A stretch of 64,000 nucleotides of DNA, from IMG/VR virus record IMGVR_UViG_3300032323_004022, one strand, 5' to 3'. A program made the position numbers and the translations under genes. Under the pieces are notes generated by a model. It saw nothing but the letters and a program-made list of their open reading frames with translations. It was not told where the DNA came from and did not search any database. Positions 1 to 10,600 of this stretch are shown one piece after another (the stretch's first letter is position 1; every line of letters begins with the position of its first letter). This stretch comes from an uncultured virus (IMG/VR IMGVR_UViG_3300032323_004022). Lineage: Duplodnaviria > Heunggongvirae > Uroviricota > Caudoviricetes.

Positions 1-7
1 ATTAATT

Positions 8-1066
8 ATGGCAGATAGAATTTTCCCAAACAGATTTCAAGAAGATCCTCTTGATTCTGACTTGGTATTTCAAGGAATCGATTGGGATAACTTTAACCAA
101 AGATTAGCTGAAGCAAAAGAGCCAAAAGAGAACAAGGGTCTCAAAGCTCTTATTGACGCTATTGGTGACGAAGAAATCGATAGATTGCAAGGCGAAGATC
201 ATGATGATCATGATGAAGCTTCAATGGACCATAAGTCTGGTTATATGAAAGAAGCTAAAAAAGGTCTTCCAGAAGGCTTGAAGAAGTGGATGGAAGAGAA
301 TGGCAAGGGTAAGAAGAAGTCTGAAGATTCTGAAGATGAAGATCATGATGATAAAGATCATGAAGATCATGAAGATGAAGAAGAAAAAGCTGACAAAGGT
401 CCTATGACTAGAAAAGGCCCTAAGTCCAAGTCTGAAAAGAAAGCTTATCATTTCAATCATGCATCACAATTGTCAGCTGAAGCAGTAGAAGCTGCAGTGG
501 CTGCTGGTGATGAAGATCTTAAGGAAGCTATCCTTGCTGCTCGTCACGACAGAAGGGTTAGATTAGCTGGCAAGATTGAGCGTCAAGTAACAGCTCAGCA
601 AGAAACTAATTTAAAACTTGCACAAAGAAGAGCTTACAGAGAGTCATTGGTTCAAAGAGTTGCTGAAAAGATGGAAGACAAGAAAGAAGCAGCTATGGAC
701 AAAAAATGTGAAAGCGGTTATGCATCTGATAAGTCAGAAATGAAAGAAGCTAAAGCATTCTCATCAGCTGCTAGAAAAGCATTTGCTGCTAAAGCTCTTG
801 CTGAAGGTTTTCCAATAGAATATATCAACGCAAGATTAGGTGAAACATCAGCGCCTACAGTTGATAAATTATCCGACATCAAGAACGTTCTTGCTTCTGA
901 CCTAAACACAAATGTAAAGGTTGCTGCAGCTTCTTCAATGATTAAAGTTGCAACTCTTTCAGACGCAGACTATTCCAGAATTGTCGATTACTGGAAAAAT
1001 GAACTTGGTTATGGCGATCAAGAGTGGATTGATGCACTCTTTACCAAAAAATACGACAAGAAATAA
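8..1066 (+). CDS. Hypothetical head-associated protein (acidic, His/Asp-rich low-complexity regions)
   Basis: 352 aa ORF upstream of the portal; D/E/H-rich tracts; several K/R-x-A motifs (KLAQ, RVAE, KVAA, KVAT). Confidence 0.55.
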   Translation: MADRIFPNRFQEDPLDSDLVFQGIDWDNFNQRLAEAKEPKENKGLKALIDAIGDEEIDRLQGEDHDDHDEASMDHKSGYMKEAKKGLPEGLKKWMEENGKGKKKSEDSEDEDHDDKDHEDHEDEEEKADKGPMTRKGPKSKSEKKAYHFNHASQLSAEAVEAAVAAGDEDLKEAILAARHDRRVRLAGKIERQVTAQQETNLKLAQRRAYRESLVQRVAEKMEDKKEAAMDKKCESGYASDKSEMKEAKAFSSAARKAFAAKALAEGFPIEYINARLGETSAPTVDKLSDIKNVLASDLNTNVKVAAASSMIKVATLSDADYSRIVDYWKNELGYGDQEWIDALFTKKYDKK

Positions 1067-1087
1067 TTACCATCCTCAAGAAAAATA

Positions 1088-1111
1088 GTCCCAGGGCGAA
1101 AGCTCTGGGAC
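1088..1111. terminator. GC-rich hairpin with GAAA tetraloop (terminator or RNA structural element)
   Basis: GTCCCAGGGC-GAAA-GCTCTGGGAC, a 10-bp stem with one G-U pair; flanking TCAAGAA/TTCTTGA can extend it; only a weak U-tract on +. Confidence 0.55.
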
Positions 1112-1144
1112 ATTCTTGAAAAGTAATATCAGGATATAATAAAC

Positions 1145-1960
1145 ATGAGCAGATTTAGAAAAGTATCAGAAATCGATAATATTCCAACATTTTTGGAAAA
1201 GAGATTTATTGGCGCTCAAGTTGAAGTTGAAGAAGATCCATACGCTGAGTTAAAGAGAAATTCAACTGCAAACAGACAATCAATTTCTAAACAAAATATT
1301 GGTTTCACAAAAGAAGCAAACAATATTAACAAGTCTTGGGAAAAGATTCAAGGTGCATCAACTTATCAAGATTTAAGAGACACCACACTTGAAGATAGAA
1401 TTCTTTCACAAGATTTTGGTGCTATTAGAAGAGCTGGATCACAGTTCGACGATGGAGAAACTGCAAGAACTACAACTAGTGGACTAAAAGCATTTTCGGC
1501 TGATGAATATATGAATGCTATGCTTTCAAGATCAGCATCTATTTTCAACCCAGATATGATTTCAATTTCAGAAGAATTCTTGAATTCACAATCTTCGACC
1601 AGTGAACAATCTATTGTTGAAAATCAAAGATTGAGAGAAGCTAAGGCAACTCGTCATAAGGCTTGGGAAGAAAGCCAAATTAATAATTTAAGACAATCTT
1701 CTGTAGTTTCTTCAAGAGCACATTCTATCTTGAGAACATCTTCAGATAATGAATTCAATTCAACATTTGGAATGATTGATCCATCTGCTCTGGACAATCG
1801 TGAATCAATGAGAATTGCTAATCAAGAGAAGAACAGAACTGAAAGAATGGCAATCAAGAAAAACATTCAAAGTGATATGAGTAACAAAGCTCAATCAAGA
1901 GCAAAAACTGTTAATGAAATTTATAATAGCATTGACGTTAATTTTGATGATATTGACTAA
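1145..1960 (+). CDS. Hypothetical protein, head module
   Basis: 271 aa ORF, AGGA upstream; its stop overlaps the next start (TAATG). Confidence 0.6.
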   Translation: MSRFRKVSEIDNIPTFLEKRFIGAQVEVEEDPYAELKRNSTANRQSISKQNIGFTKEANNINKSWEKIQGASTYQDLRDTTLEDRILSQDFGAIRRAGSQFDDGETARTTTSGLKAFSADEYMNAMLSRSASIFNPDMISISEEFLNSQSSTSEQSIVENQRLREAKATRHKAWEESQINNLRQSSVVSSRAHSILRTSSDNEFNSTFGMIDPSALDNRESMRIANQEKNRTERMAIKKNIQSDMSNKAQSRAKTVNEIYNSIDVNFDDID

Positions 1961-2958
1961 TGAATAAACTGTCTCAAACCGCTCCACCTTTAGCATCAAA
2001 TCCGGCAAATGGAATTAATAATATTCCGTTAAATGGTGAAAGTGTCGAAGGTGTGACAAAAGATGAAATGAGACAGTTAATGAATAAGGTCAAATCTGCT
2101 AATGATAATTTCAGTGAACTTTCAAATGAAGTTACTGTCATAGCAGACAAAGTGCAAGATAAAAATTTAAAACATCAATTAGATAAGTTATCAAAAGCAC
2201 TACTTATGTCAAATAGTAATAGAACTAGAACAAAAGATCCAATTACTCAAGAATTGGATCCAAGCTATTCTGATATAGCAAATAAGATTGAACAAACTTA
2301 TTTATCCGAGGCTAAGAACGTGTACAACAATTCCAAAACAGCACAGGTCAAAAAGAAAAAGAAAACTAGAGGCAATCCATTCCGTGTTTTAATGGGTAAA
2401 GTGGGTAAATTGCTTGATCACGGTGTTGAAAAAAGCGACATAGTTAGATACATATCAAAACTTAAGTATTGGAATAAAGAAACAATTGAACGTGCTGTCG
2501 ATATTGTCAAGGAATACAACAAAAAACTTGAGCAAGGCAAAGATAAAGACGATAAGCCAAAAAAATCAGAAAAGTCAGAAAAAACTGCAGATACTGTTGA
2601 TCTTGATAAATTAGTTAGAGAAAAAGAAGACGTTGAGAAAAAAACTAAAGATGTCGAAGAAACAATAGAGTTGATTAATGACACTGAAGAAAAAGGCAAT
2701 AAAAATGCTTCAGTTAAAATTGCTTCTTTAAATTATGATGCAAAACCTAATTTTGAAAAGAGATCTACACCTGAGTTAATTATGAGAGCTTGTTTTCTTA
2801 TGGATTTACAAGATTATTCTAAAACAACAAAACAAGGCGATTTCAAAGATGCTGCTGATAAGAAAGGCGTAAGTGAAGAATTAAAGCAACTCAAAGCAGC
2901 TCTCAAAGATAGAGGTTTTGATAAAGAAGAATTATCGAATTTAGGATTGGGTAAATAA
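1960..2958 (+). CDS. Hypothetical protein, head module (Lys-rich, helical)
   Basis: 332 aa ORF coupled to the upstream gene; KTAQ and KIAS motifs flank a conserved-looking KKKTRGNPFRVLMGKVGKLLDHG segment. Confidence 0.6.
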   Translation: MNKLSQTAPPLASNPANGINNIPLNGESVEGVTKDEMRQLMNKVKSANDNFSELSNEVTVIADKVQDKNLKHQLDKLSKALLMSNSNRTRTKDPITQELDPSYSDIANKIEQTYLSEAKNVYNNSKTAQVKKKKKTRGNPFRVLMGKVGKLLDHGVEKSDIVRYISKLKYWNKETIERAVDIVKEYNKKLEQGKDKDDKPKKSEKSEKTADTVDLDKLVREKEDVEKKTKDVEETIELINDTEEKGNKNASVKIASLNYDAKPNFEKRSTPELIMRACFLMDLQDYSKTTKQGDFKDAADKKGVSEELKQLKAALKDRGFDKEELSNLGLGK

Positions 2959-2960
2959 TT

Positions 2961-4622
2961 ATGGACAAGGGATATAAAATCAAAGCTACATACGAGACTC
3001 ACGATCCTAAAAAAATTCAAGACATTATGGATAAAAAACCATTAGTCGGCGGAACTGGATTACTTAGTATGCTTCAAGACACAATTGCTGGACTTGGAGA
3101 TGGTGATTCTACGCCAATGTCTTCTCCTTTTCACGTTTTAGATATGAATGATTTTGGTGATGATCCAGTAATTTCAGCTTTTAAAAATATGGGTGGACCA
3201 GAAAATATCGTAAAGATTGTCGCCCTTCCTGAAAAAGAAGCACATCATCATTTGCATCACGCTTTTAATAAATTGAATAATATAAAATTAGCAGAAGAAA
3301 GAAATACTCTTCGTTATGCATATATGGCTTTGCAAAACTTTTTAAACAAGAATAATGAAGCAGCCAGATTAGAAAGAGTAGCATACAAATCAACAGATAA
3401 ATCTGCTGGATATTGGCAAATCGAAGCCATCAATTCTTTGGATAAACTCAAGAAATTTGCATCCACTTCCTTGAGAATTTCTAAACTTGAAAGTGCTAGA
3501 AATGTTGTTTTATCAGGAAACAAATTACAAACTACTAAAGTATCAAACTATTTACATAATTGGTATTCAGAAATCACACCAAAAGAAAATAGAAGAGTAG
3601 CTTACACAACATTATCAACACAAGCAAATGAGCCTTATTTACTTTGCCCTAAAGGTAAATTTCAAGGATATAAATCTCCAATCCCTATGGAAATTTCAAA
3701 ATGCCGTGAGAACTGTATTGACTCCAGAGTTGATAAAGAAGGACACGTTACTTGTGCATATCAAGATTGGCTCAAAGTAGCTTTTCAATCACATGATGAA
3801 GTTATGGCAAGATTAGATGTTCATAAACATCCAGATAATGAAGCTAATGCCCTTGAACTTAAAGAAGGCGAAAGATCCAAGAAACTTACTGAAGGTGAAA
3901 TTGGATTCGAAGCTAGATTTGAAAATTCAGATAGAGGCGCTAATAAAATCAGAGGCAAGCAAAATGTCGATGATTCTAGAGAAAAACAATTATCAGATAC
4001 CAAACAATCAAGCTATGGTCATCAACAAGGCGATAAGCCAGTTATGCGCCCAAAACAAGCTCAAACTGACACTAATAAGACAATTGATTCACAATTACCA
4101 AGAAAAGATCAAAAAGGTACAGATTACCTTGAAATGCTTTTGAGAAAATTGAATGATAAAGAATCTGTAACAGATGAAGTTAGAGAAAATCAACTTGATT
4201 CTGAAGGTCTTTACAATCATCGTGGTGAGATGGAAGAATCTTATGCTGATCAATTAAATGTAAAGGGTAAAGATCCTATCAATTACAGAGATGAATTGAA
4301 TAAGGATAAAGATGAGCCAAAAGATTCTATTATTCATCAATTAGATAAAAATATTACTGCTTCTAAAAAAGAAATGAATCAAGAACAAATTCTCAATGAA
4401 ACCAGAAAGAAAAATGTTGTTGATGTCCCTAGAGACAAGCAATTAGAAGACAGAAGACAAAATACAAAAATTACCAAAAATATTGAAGCGCTTTTAGATG
4501 CTGAAGATGAAGACAGTATAGGTCATCATTTTTCAGAAGAAGATCTCAAAAGATTTGCTGATGAACTTGGTTTAGACTACATTATGGAATCTAAAAGAGA
4601 AGAATACGACGATGTGGTATAA
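2961..4622 (+). CDS. Hypothetical head-associated protein with a Cys cluster and ExQL repeats
   Basis: 553 aa; CPK...CRENC...C cluster; C-terminal repeats REKQL, RENQL, RDKQL. Confidence 0.6.
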   Translation: MDKGYKIKATYETHDPKKIQDIMDKKPLVGGTGLLSMLQDTIAGLGDGDSTPMSSPFHVLDMNDFGDDPVISAFKNMGGPENIVKIVALPEKEAHHHLHHAFNKLNNIKLAEERNTLRYAYMALQNFLNKNNEAARLERVAYKSTDKSAGYWQIEAINSLDKLKKFASTSLRISKLESARNVVLSGNKLQTTKVSNYLHNWYSEITPKENRRVAYTTLSTQANEPYLLCPKGKFQGYKSPIPMEISKCRENCIDSRVDKEGHVTCAYQDWLKVAFQSHDEVMARLDVHKHPDNEANALELKEGERSKKLTEGEIGFEARFENSDRGANKIRGKQNVDDSREKQLSDTKQSSYGHQQGDKPVMRPKQAQTDTNKTIDSQLPRKDQKGTDYLEMLLRKLNDKESVTDEVRENQLDSEGLYNHRGEMEESYADQLNVKGKDPINYRDELNKDKDEPKDSIIHQLDKNITASKKEMNQEQILNETRKKNVVDVPRDKQLEDRRQNTKITKNIEALLDAEDEDSIGHHFSEEDLKRFADELGLDYIMESKREEYDDVV

Positions 4623-5145
4623 GCAAGTTCTAGCACAATTTGGTGGTGGTGTTAATTTTTCAGAAGAAAAAAAAGTTGATTCTCAAAACAATTCTGAAAT
4701 TGACAACATTAGAGATGTAGACAACGAACCTGCTGGATTATATGATGAATTGTCAGGCATTCTTGAAAAAATGGGCAAAACACTTGATGAATATTACAGT
4801 ATGAATCAAATTCAACAAAAAGAAATTTGGGATTTACTTGTTGATCGTCCTCACAGAATGACCATGGATAACACTGGAAATTTTATCAAGTCTCCACAAT
4901 CCGCATCGAATGAAGCACGTAGACATTCTCCGTTTCACGAGAATCCAGAAGAAACAACCTTAGAAGAACAACTTAGAGGATCTCAACAAGAAAATAATAA
5001 TAGAGATCCACAAAGTATGGCTTCTACAGAAAAAGGTAATAGTTTTCAACATTTCAAGAATGGAGAAGGATATTATCAAGCACTAAAAGGCAAGCAAGAT
5101 CCTATCCTTTTTGGAAACAAACCTTCTAATCAAACTTGGTATTAA
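4612..5145 (+). CDS. Hypothetical protein (N-terminal MWYKQVLAQ)
   Basis: 177 aa ORF overlapping the upstream stop; directly precedes the portal. Confidence 0.6.
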   Translation: MWYKQVLAQFGGGVNFSEEKKVDSQNNSEIDNIRDVDNEPAGLYDELSGILEKMGKTLDEYYSMNQIQQKEIWDLLVDRPHRMTMDNTGNFIKSPQSASNEARRHSPFHENPEETTLEEQLRGSQQENNNRDPQSMASTEKGNSFQHFKNGEGYYQALKGKQDPILFGNKPSNQTWY

Positions 5146-5181
5146 GTTATATATTTTTAGAACGGTATAATATATGTTATG
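5137..5181 (+). promoter_or_regulatory. Putative portal promoter(s): TGGT-N17-TAGAA and leaderless GTATAAT-N7-ATG
   Basis: TATAAT at 5166-5171, ATG at 5179, no Shine-Dalgarno; near match to the AGGT-N16-TAGAA motif at 5137-5162. Confidence 0.45.
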
Positions 5182-7539
5182 GCAAATAGAACATCTTTGG
5201 CTTCTGCTATCAGAACAGCAGCAACACAAGTATCAGGAGCATCAACAACTTCATCAACTGTAGATAGAAATTATGCAAGCAGTCGAATTGGTTTAGGTTT
5301 AGGACCAGGCGTAACAAGAACTGCTAGTTTAAATACAGTTACGACAGCTCCTAATTTCTATTCGCCATTCTTAACTCCATCATCATTCCAAATCCCAAAT
5401 GCTCGTCGTGAAGTTTATCTTTGGGCTAACTGGTGGAGAAATAACGAACCAAAAATTGCTGCAGCTGTCAATTTTTACACCAACTATCCATTCTCTGGTT
5501 GGAAATTAGAATGTTCTTCTTCTTACGTAAAAGACTATTTTGAAAAGTTAGTAGAATCACTAAACTTTCAAAAATGGCTTCCTGAAATTTCCAAAACATA
5601 TCACTTACTTGGTGATTCATTTGTTTTGCTTTCTCTTGATTGTCCGCATTGTCAAGGATCAAACTGGGACGATGATAAAAATCAAGAATGTGAACACGAT
5701 GGTGCAACTTGGAAATCAATATCAATTCTTAATCCAGATTCTGTAATTAAAAGCCCAGGCATGATTGATCAGCCTGGAAGTTATGCTTACAGACCATCTG
5801 CAGAAGAAACTAGAATTGTAAATGAAAGACATCCTAAAGAAGTCTATGACAAGATTCCTGATGATATCAAAAAGATGATTATCCAGGGAAATCCTATCAA
5901 ACTTAATCCGATCTCTATTCATCATTTTAAATACGGATCAAACCCTTGGGAAGATTATGGAATTTCTATGATCAGACCATTGTTTCCAATTTTAACTTAC
6001 AAAGATAAACTACGTCAAGCTCAATATATGATTGCTGAACGTCTTATTTTACCAATCAAGGTTGTAAAAATTGGTAGTGATACAAGACCAGCATCACAAG
6101 AAGATATTGACAATGTTCAAGATGAATTGGCATCTATTGCAAATGATCCAAACTTAACTCTTGTAACTCACCACAATTTTGATCTTGAATGGTATGGAGC
6201 TACAGGGAAAATTCATCCTCTCACTGGTGAATTTGAATTAATTGAGCAAGAAATTTTAGATGGTGTTATGCTCAATAAAGCTCTCTTGAATGGTGAGGGT
6301 CCAACTTATGGCAATGCTCAAGTTGGTCTTCTTGCAATGGCTCAAAGATTAGAGACTTTTAGAAGAGAAGTTGCACACTGGATTGAGCAAAATGTTTTTA
6401 TGCCAGTTGCTAAATGGAATGGCTTTGTAATTGAGGGTGAAAGAGGTCAAGACGAATTAGTTTATCCTAAAATTAAATTTGACGATCTTCAATTACGAGA
6501 TGATACTGGCAAGCTTCAAATGCTTGTCACTGCAAACCAAAATGGTGTTATATCAAATGTTTCTCTTATAGAAGCTTTTGGTTTAGATTCTGATCAAGAA
6601 ATTGAAAGATTAAGGTTTGAACAAGGTGCAAACTTTATGAATGATCAAAATTTTGGCACTCCTAATGTTTCATTAAGCTTTCAAAGTGGTGGCGTTACTG
6701 GGCAAGGCTTTGGGGCAGCACCTACAGATATGTTAGGTGGGATGGGAGCACCTCCACCTGCTGATTTAGCTGTTGGCGGAGCTGCTCAACCAGCAGCCGC
6801 TCCTCCAGCTCCAGGTGCCGCTCCTGCTCCAACAGCATCAACTATGACTAAAAATTACAAGTTAGCCAGTGCAACGATAAATGAAATTTATGATGAAAGA
6901 ATTAATGCAAAAAATTCAAGTGTAAGAACTGCTAGTAAAAGAATTAAGTCTGCTGCCCATGAATATTTCTTGATGTCTTTGACTCCAGTGACTGGTAGAG
7001 GTTCTCTTGGTCCTCTACCAAGTGAATATGATGGATTATTTGGTTCAATACAGATTCCACTTTGTGGTGGGGATAATTCTCATCCATTAAATAATTATGC
7101 TCTGGAAGAAATATATCAATTTGCCAATAATGATAATGAAGCTATCAAAAAATATGCAAAAAAGAAAGTAGACGTTGCACAACAGCCAAAAATGTTTACT
7201 GGCCTAGAAAAGAAATTATATGGTTTGACAATGTCTTTAAATATGCCATTTCCTCTATATGCTCAATATTCTGCTGGTCCAACTATGGATTATCAATTAG
7301 ACGCTGCAATTCCTAACTTAAAAATTGGTATAGAAGCAGATGGAGAAATTTGGCATAACAATCCAGATAAAATTGCAAAAGATAAACGTAGAGATTCTGA
7401 ACTAGCTGCAAATGGATGGATTATTGTAAGATTTACTGATAAAGAAATAAACGATCATCCACAAGATTGTTTGAATGTTCTTATAAAAGCAATAAAGAAA
7501 CGAACAGGTATGGGTGAAGGGAATTCGGAATATCTATAA
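5179..7539 (+). CDS. Portal protein with Zn-ribbon insertion and C-terminal DUF559/Vsr-like endonuclease domain
   Basis: Portal-like core (PKIAAAVNFYTNYP, YHLLGDSF, YGISMIRP, KDKLRQAQ, YPKIKFDDL) placed before protease/scaffold/MCP; C-terminal LDAAIPNLKIGIEADGEIWH...DKRRDSEL...GWIIVRF matches the DUF559 pattern. Confidence 0.8.
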   Translation: MANRTSLASAIRTAATQVSGASTTSSTVDRNYASSRIGLGLGPGVTRTASLNTVTTAPNFYSPFLTPSSFQIPNARREVYLWANWWRNNEPKIAAAVNFYTNYPFSGWKLECSSSYVKDYFEKLVESLNFQKWLPEISKTYHLLGDSFVLLSLDCPHCQGSNWDDDKNQECEHDGATWKSISILNPDSVIKSPGMIDQPGSYAYRPSAEETRIVNERHPKEVYDKIPDDIKKMIIQGNPIKLNPISIHHFKYGSNPWEDYGISMIRPLFPILTYKDKLRQAQYMIAERLILPIKVVKIGSDTRPASQEDIDNVQDELASIANDPNLTLVTHHNFDLEWYGATGKIHPLTGEFELIEQEILDGVMLNKALLNGEGPTYGNAQVGLLAMAQRLETFRREVAHWIEQNVFMPVAKWNGFVIEGERGQDELVYPKIKFDDLQLRDDTGKLQMLVTANQNGVISNVSLIEAFGLDSDQEIERLRFEQGANFMNDQNFGTPNVSLSFQSGGVTGQGFGAAPTDMLGGMGAPPPADLAVGGAAQPAAAPPAPGAAPAPTASTMTKNYKLASATINEIYDERINAKNSSVRTASKRIKSAAHEYFLMSLTPVTGRGSLGPLPSEYDGLFGSIQIPLCGGDNSHPLNNYALEEIYQFANNDNEAIKKYAKKKVDVAQQPKMFTGLEKKLYGLTMSLNMPFPLYAQYSAGPTMDYQLDAAIPNLKIGIEADGEIWHNNPDKIAKDKRRDSELAANGWIIVRFTDKEINDHPQDCLNVLIKAIKKRTGMGEGNSEYL

Positions 7540-7566
7540 TTGAAGAATAGTTTGTCACTGTACAAT

Positions 7567-7597
7567 AAACCCGTCGATTTCGACGGGTTTAAATTTT
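7567..7597 (+). terminator. Rho-independent terminator after the portal
   Basis: AAACCCGTCG-ATTT-CGACGGGTTT, a perfect 10-bp stem followed by AT-rich sequence. Confidence 0.7.
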
Positions 7598-7599
7598 AC

Positions 7600-7624
7600 A
7601 GGTTTTAATATGTTAAAAATAGAA
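7600..7624 (+). promoter_or_regulatory. Putative late promoter AGGT-N16-TAGAA
   Basis: The same bipartite motif and spacing recur at 11860, 49521 and 46060(-). Confidence 0.5.
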
Positions 7625-7664
7625 CAAATCCTATTGATAACTTTATTTTTTGAGGATTGAATAT

Positions 7665-10600
7665 ATGTACAAGGTTGCAAAAGGAGGAGCTATTACTATT
7701 AATAGTTTTCTCAACGAAAATGACCGAAATATAGCTAGAGATTATATTATTAAGACTGCTTCATCTAATATGAGAGAAGCTGCTAAAATTGGTCTTCAAT
7801 CTCTATATGCTGATCCAAAAGAAGTCCTAGAAAAATACAAAGATTTTGACATCGTTAAAGAAATGCAAGCTCGTAAAGGTGCAAAACTTTTATGGGTTAG
7901 AGCTAGAGCAATCGATGCAGATGTTGTAAATGCTAATGGAGACTTATTTTCTAAAGAAGAACTCCTAAAAGAAGCTGAAATTAAAGGCCAAAAAATTCCA
8001 GCTTATAAGACTTTTGAAGGTGTTCCAATTTACACCAATCATAAGAATGACGACATCGAACAGGCTAAAGGTATGGTTGTTTACGCAGAATGGGACGAAA
8101 AAGAAAATTGCGTATACTGCACATTCTTCGTAGATGAAGAAGCTTATCCTGATATTGCAAGAAATATTCGTACTGGCGTAATTCACGATGTTTCAATGGG
8201 TGCAAGTGTTGAATGGGGTGTCTGTTCAATTTGTGGTAATAAAGCATACACTGAAAGAGATTATTGTGAACATCTTAAGAAGTATAAAGGCAAGATTTAT
8301 CCTGAATCTGGCAAAAAAGCATATGAAAAGAACTATGGTGTTAAGTTTATTGAATTAAGCTGTGTAGGCGATGGTGCTTTTGAATCTTGTGAAATTCAAG
8401 AAATTTATGATGTCGATGATGTTTTAGACGCTGCAATGAATTTGGAAAAGAAAGCAAATGAACTTTCTGCAAATATTGTTTTAGCGTTGCAAGGATCTCC
8501 ACTAGAATCTTCTATTAGACCAGAATACGAAAATTGTTTAAGAGTAGCAAATTCTACAGCTAAAACAGCAGTAAGGTTAGCACAACAAGCTGGTACTCTT
8601 GTTGGTGGCCCTTTATTAGCAGGAGCTGGAGCAAATCAAAATTCTACTGTTCAAGCAGTATTGACAGCGCTTGGTATAGATCCTGCTTCTGGATTGAACA
8701 TTCTTGACTTGATCAATTTATCACTAAATTTCTTGGAAGTTGCAGTGATGAATATGTTTGCACGTAAGGACAACGTTGATTTAGGGCATGTTGGCAAAAT
8801 CACCAAATCAATGGCCGAACTTCAATCTACCATGCAAGACATGATTGACGACGGAGTTGATGTTGGGAGTGGACAAAGACCACAGCAAATCAATCAACCT
8901 CAAAATATGCAACAGGGGCAAGCTCCACAAGCTTCTCCTATGAATGCAAATGTTGGTCTGGCTAATTATGCACCAACTGAATCTGTAGGTAAGGTAATGG
9001 ACCTTACCTATTCTGGAGATCAAGGCAGTCAAGTTGGAGGCGGTGTTGCTTTAGCCTCTAGCAATCACAATTTGGTCTGGGCTTCACGAGACGGCAAAAG
9101 AGAAGTTTTTGCTAGTACTCAAAAAAGTTCATCTTCCAATAGAATTTTGAATTTTTCACAAAGCATATTAAATTTAAAAGAAAATTTAAACAACGATGCT
9201 CAAATTCAAAAAAGTATTGATAATGTCATTAGAGTTGCTAATGAGAGAAGCAAAAATATAAAAACAAATACGCCTTTTGTGGCGGGGAGCAGAAATCAAA
9301 TGGATCACTTTGCAAAGATTGCATCAGAGCAAAGAAAAAAACTTGCTGCTGCAGTTACAATCGATTTTAAAGTCGAGGATAATGCAGGTAATAGAGTTGT
9401 TCTTTCTACTGATGGGTCAATCACAGGTTACACAAATGGAAAAAGAACTACTTGGGAACCTATCCTAAATGAAAACCAACTTGGTTTAATGGAAAATGGA
9501 CAAGGAACAAGAGTTGCTGCAGAATTGCTCAAGGACTATTCACATTTTATCAAGACTGCTTTGCTTGATGTCAAAGAAAGACTTGATGACAGAGAGAGTC
9601 AACTTAATGAAGTTAGAAGCGGTGAGTCATATGATAATTTATACGATGGTGTTAAATCAAAGAACACTGGCACTGTAAATGAAGTTCGTGAGAAGCAATT
9701 AGAGCCTAAGCAAACAGGTGCAAGCCAAGATTGTGTAAGAGAAATTCTTCTTGGAGATGCTGGACTTTATGGTAGAAGAGTAAAGGATGAAGAAGTTCGT
9801 AAGTCCTTAACTCAATTAATTGATGAAGTTACTCACGGTGTTCCTACTGAAGTTTTAGAAAAGCAATTGTCAAATCATCGCACAGAAGGATCTGCTAGTG
9901 CAAATGAAATTATGACAGCAACTATTACTGCATTAGGTAAGGCTGTTATTTCTTCACTAGAAACTCCAAAAACAATTCTTCGTGTTGCACAAACATTATC
10001 TGAAGAGCCAATGCTTCCTGAAATGATTGGAACTGCTGCTGCTGGAACAGAAATGGAAGCAGATAAAGCAGAAAAGGTAGATTTCTTTGGTGGAGATGCT
10101 TCACCAGAAAATTCAGTTTCCGCTGTTATTAAGCAATTAGGTGCTGCTGTAACTTCTGAAATCACAGCCAGAGATCTTGCTGATGCACTTTCAGTTGCAG
10201 TTGAAGAAGGTGAAATGACTAAAGAAGGCGTTTCAAGAATCGCTGAACTTCTTATGGGTCAAGCATCTGTTCCTGGAGAAGGTTTGGATGTTGAAACTGC
10301 ACCTTCAAAAAATGAAGAACTCAAGTCTGCACTTATGTCTGCTGTAGATGCTGATGTAGATCTTATCTCCAAAGATGATCTTAAGTCTGCTATTTCTGCT
10401 ATGGCAATGTCCTCTAAAGAAACTGGCACAACTCCTGATGAAGTAGTTGATTCTGTTGAAGCAATGCCAGAAAAACAATTAATGGCTGCTATCGATAGAG
10501 CAAAGACAGCTACAGCAACTGACGGCAGATTAAGATCAAGAGCTAGAAGAGAATTCTGGGGTGTCAAAACTGCATCAACTAAAAGTGTTTCTGAAAATGT

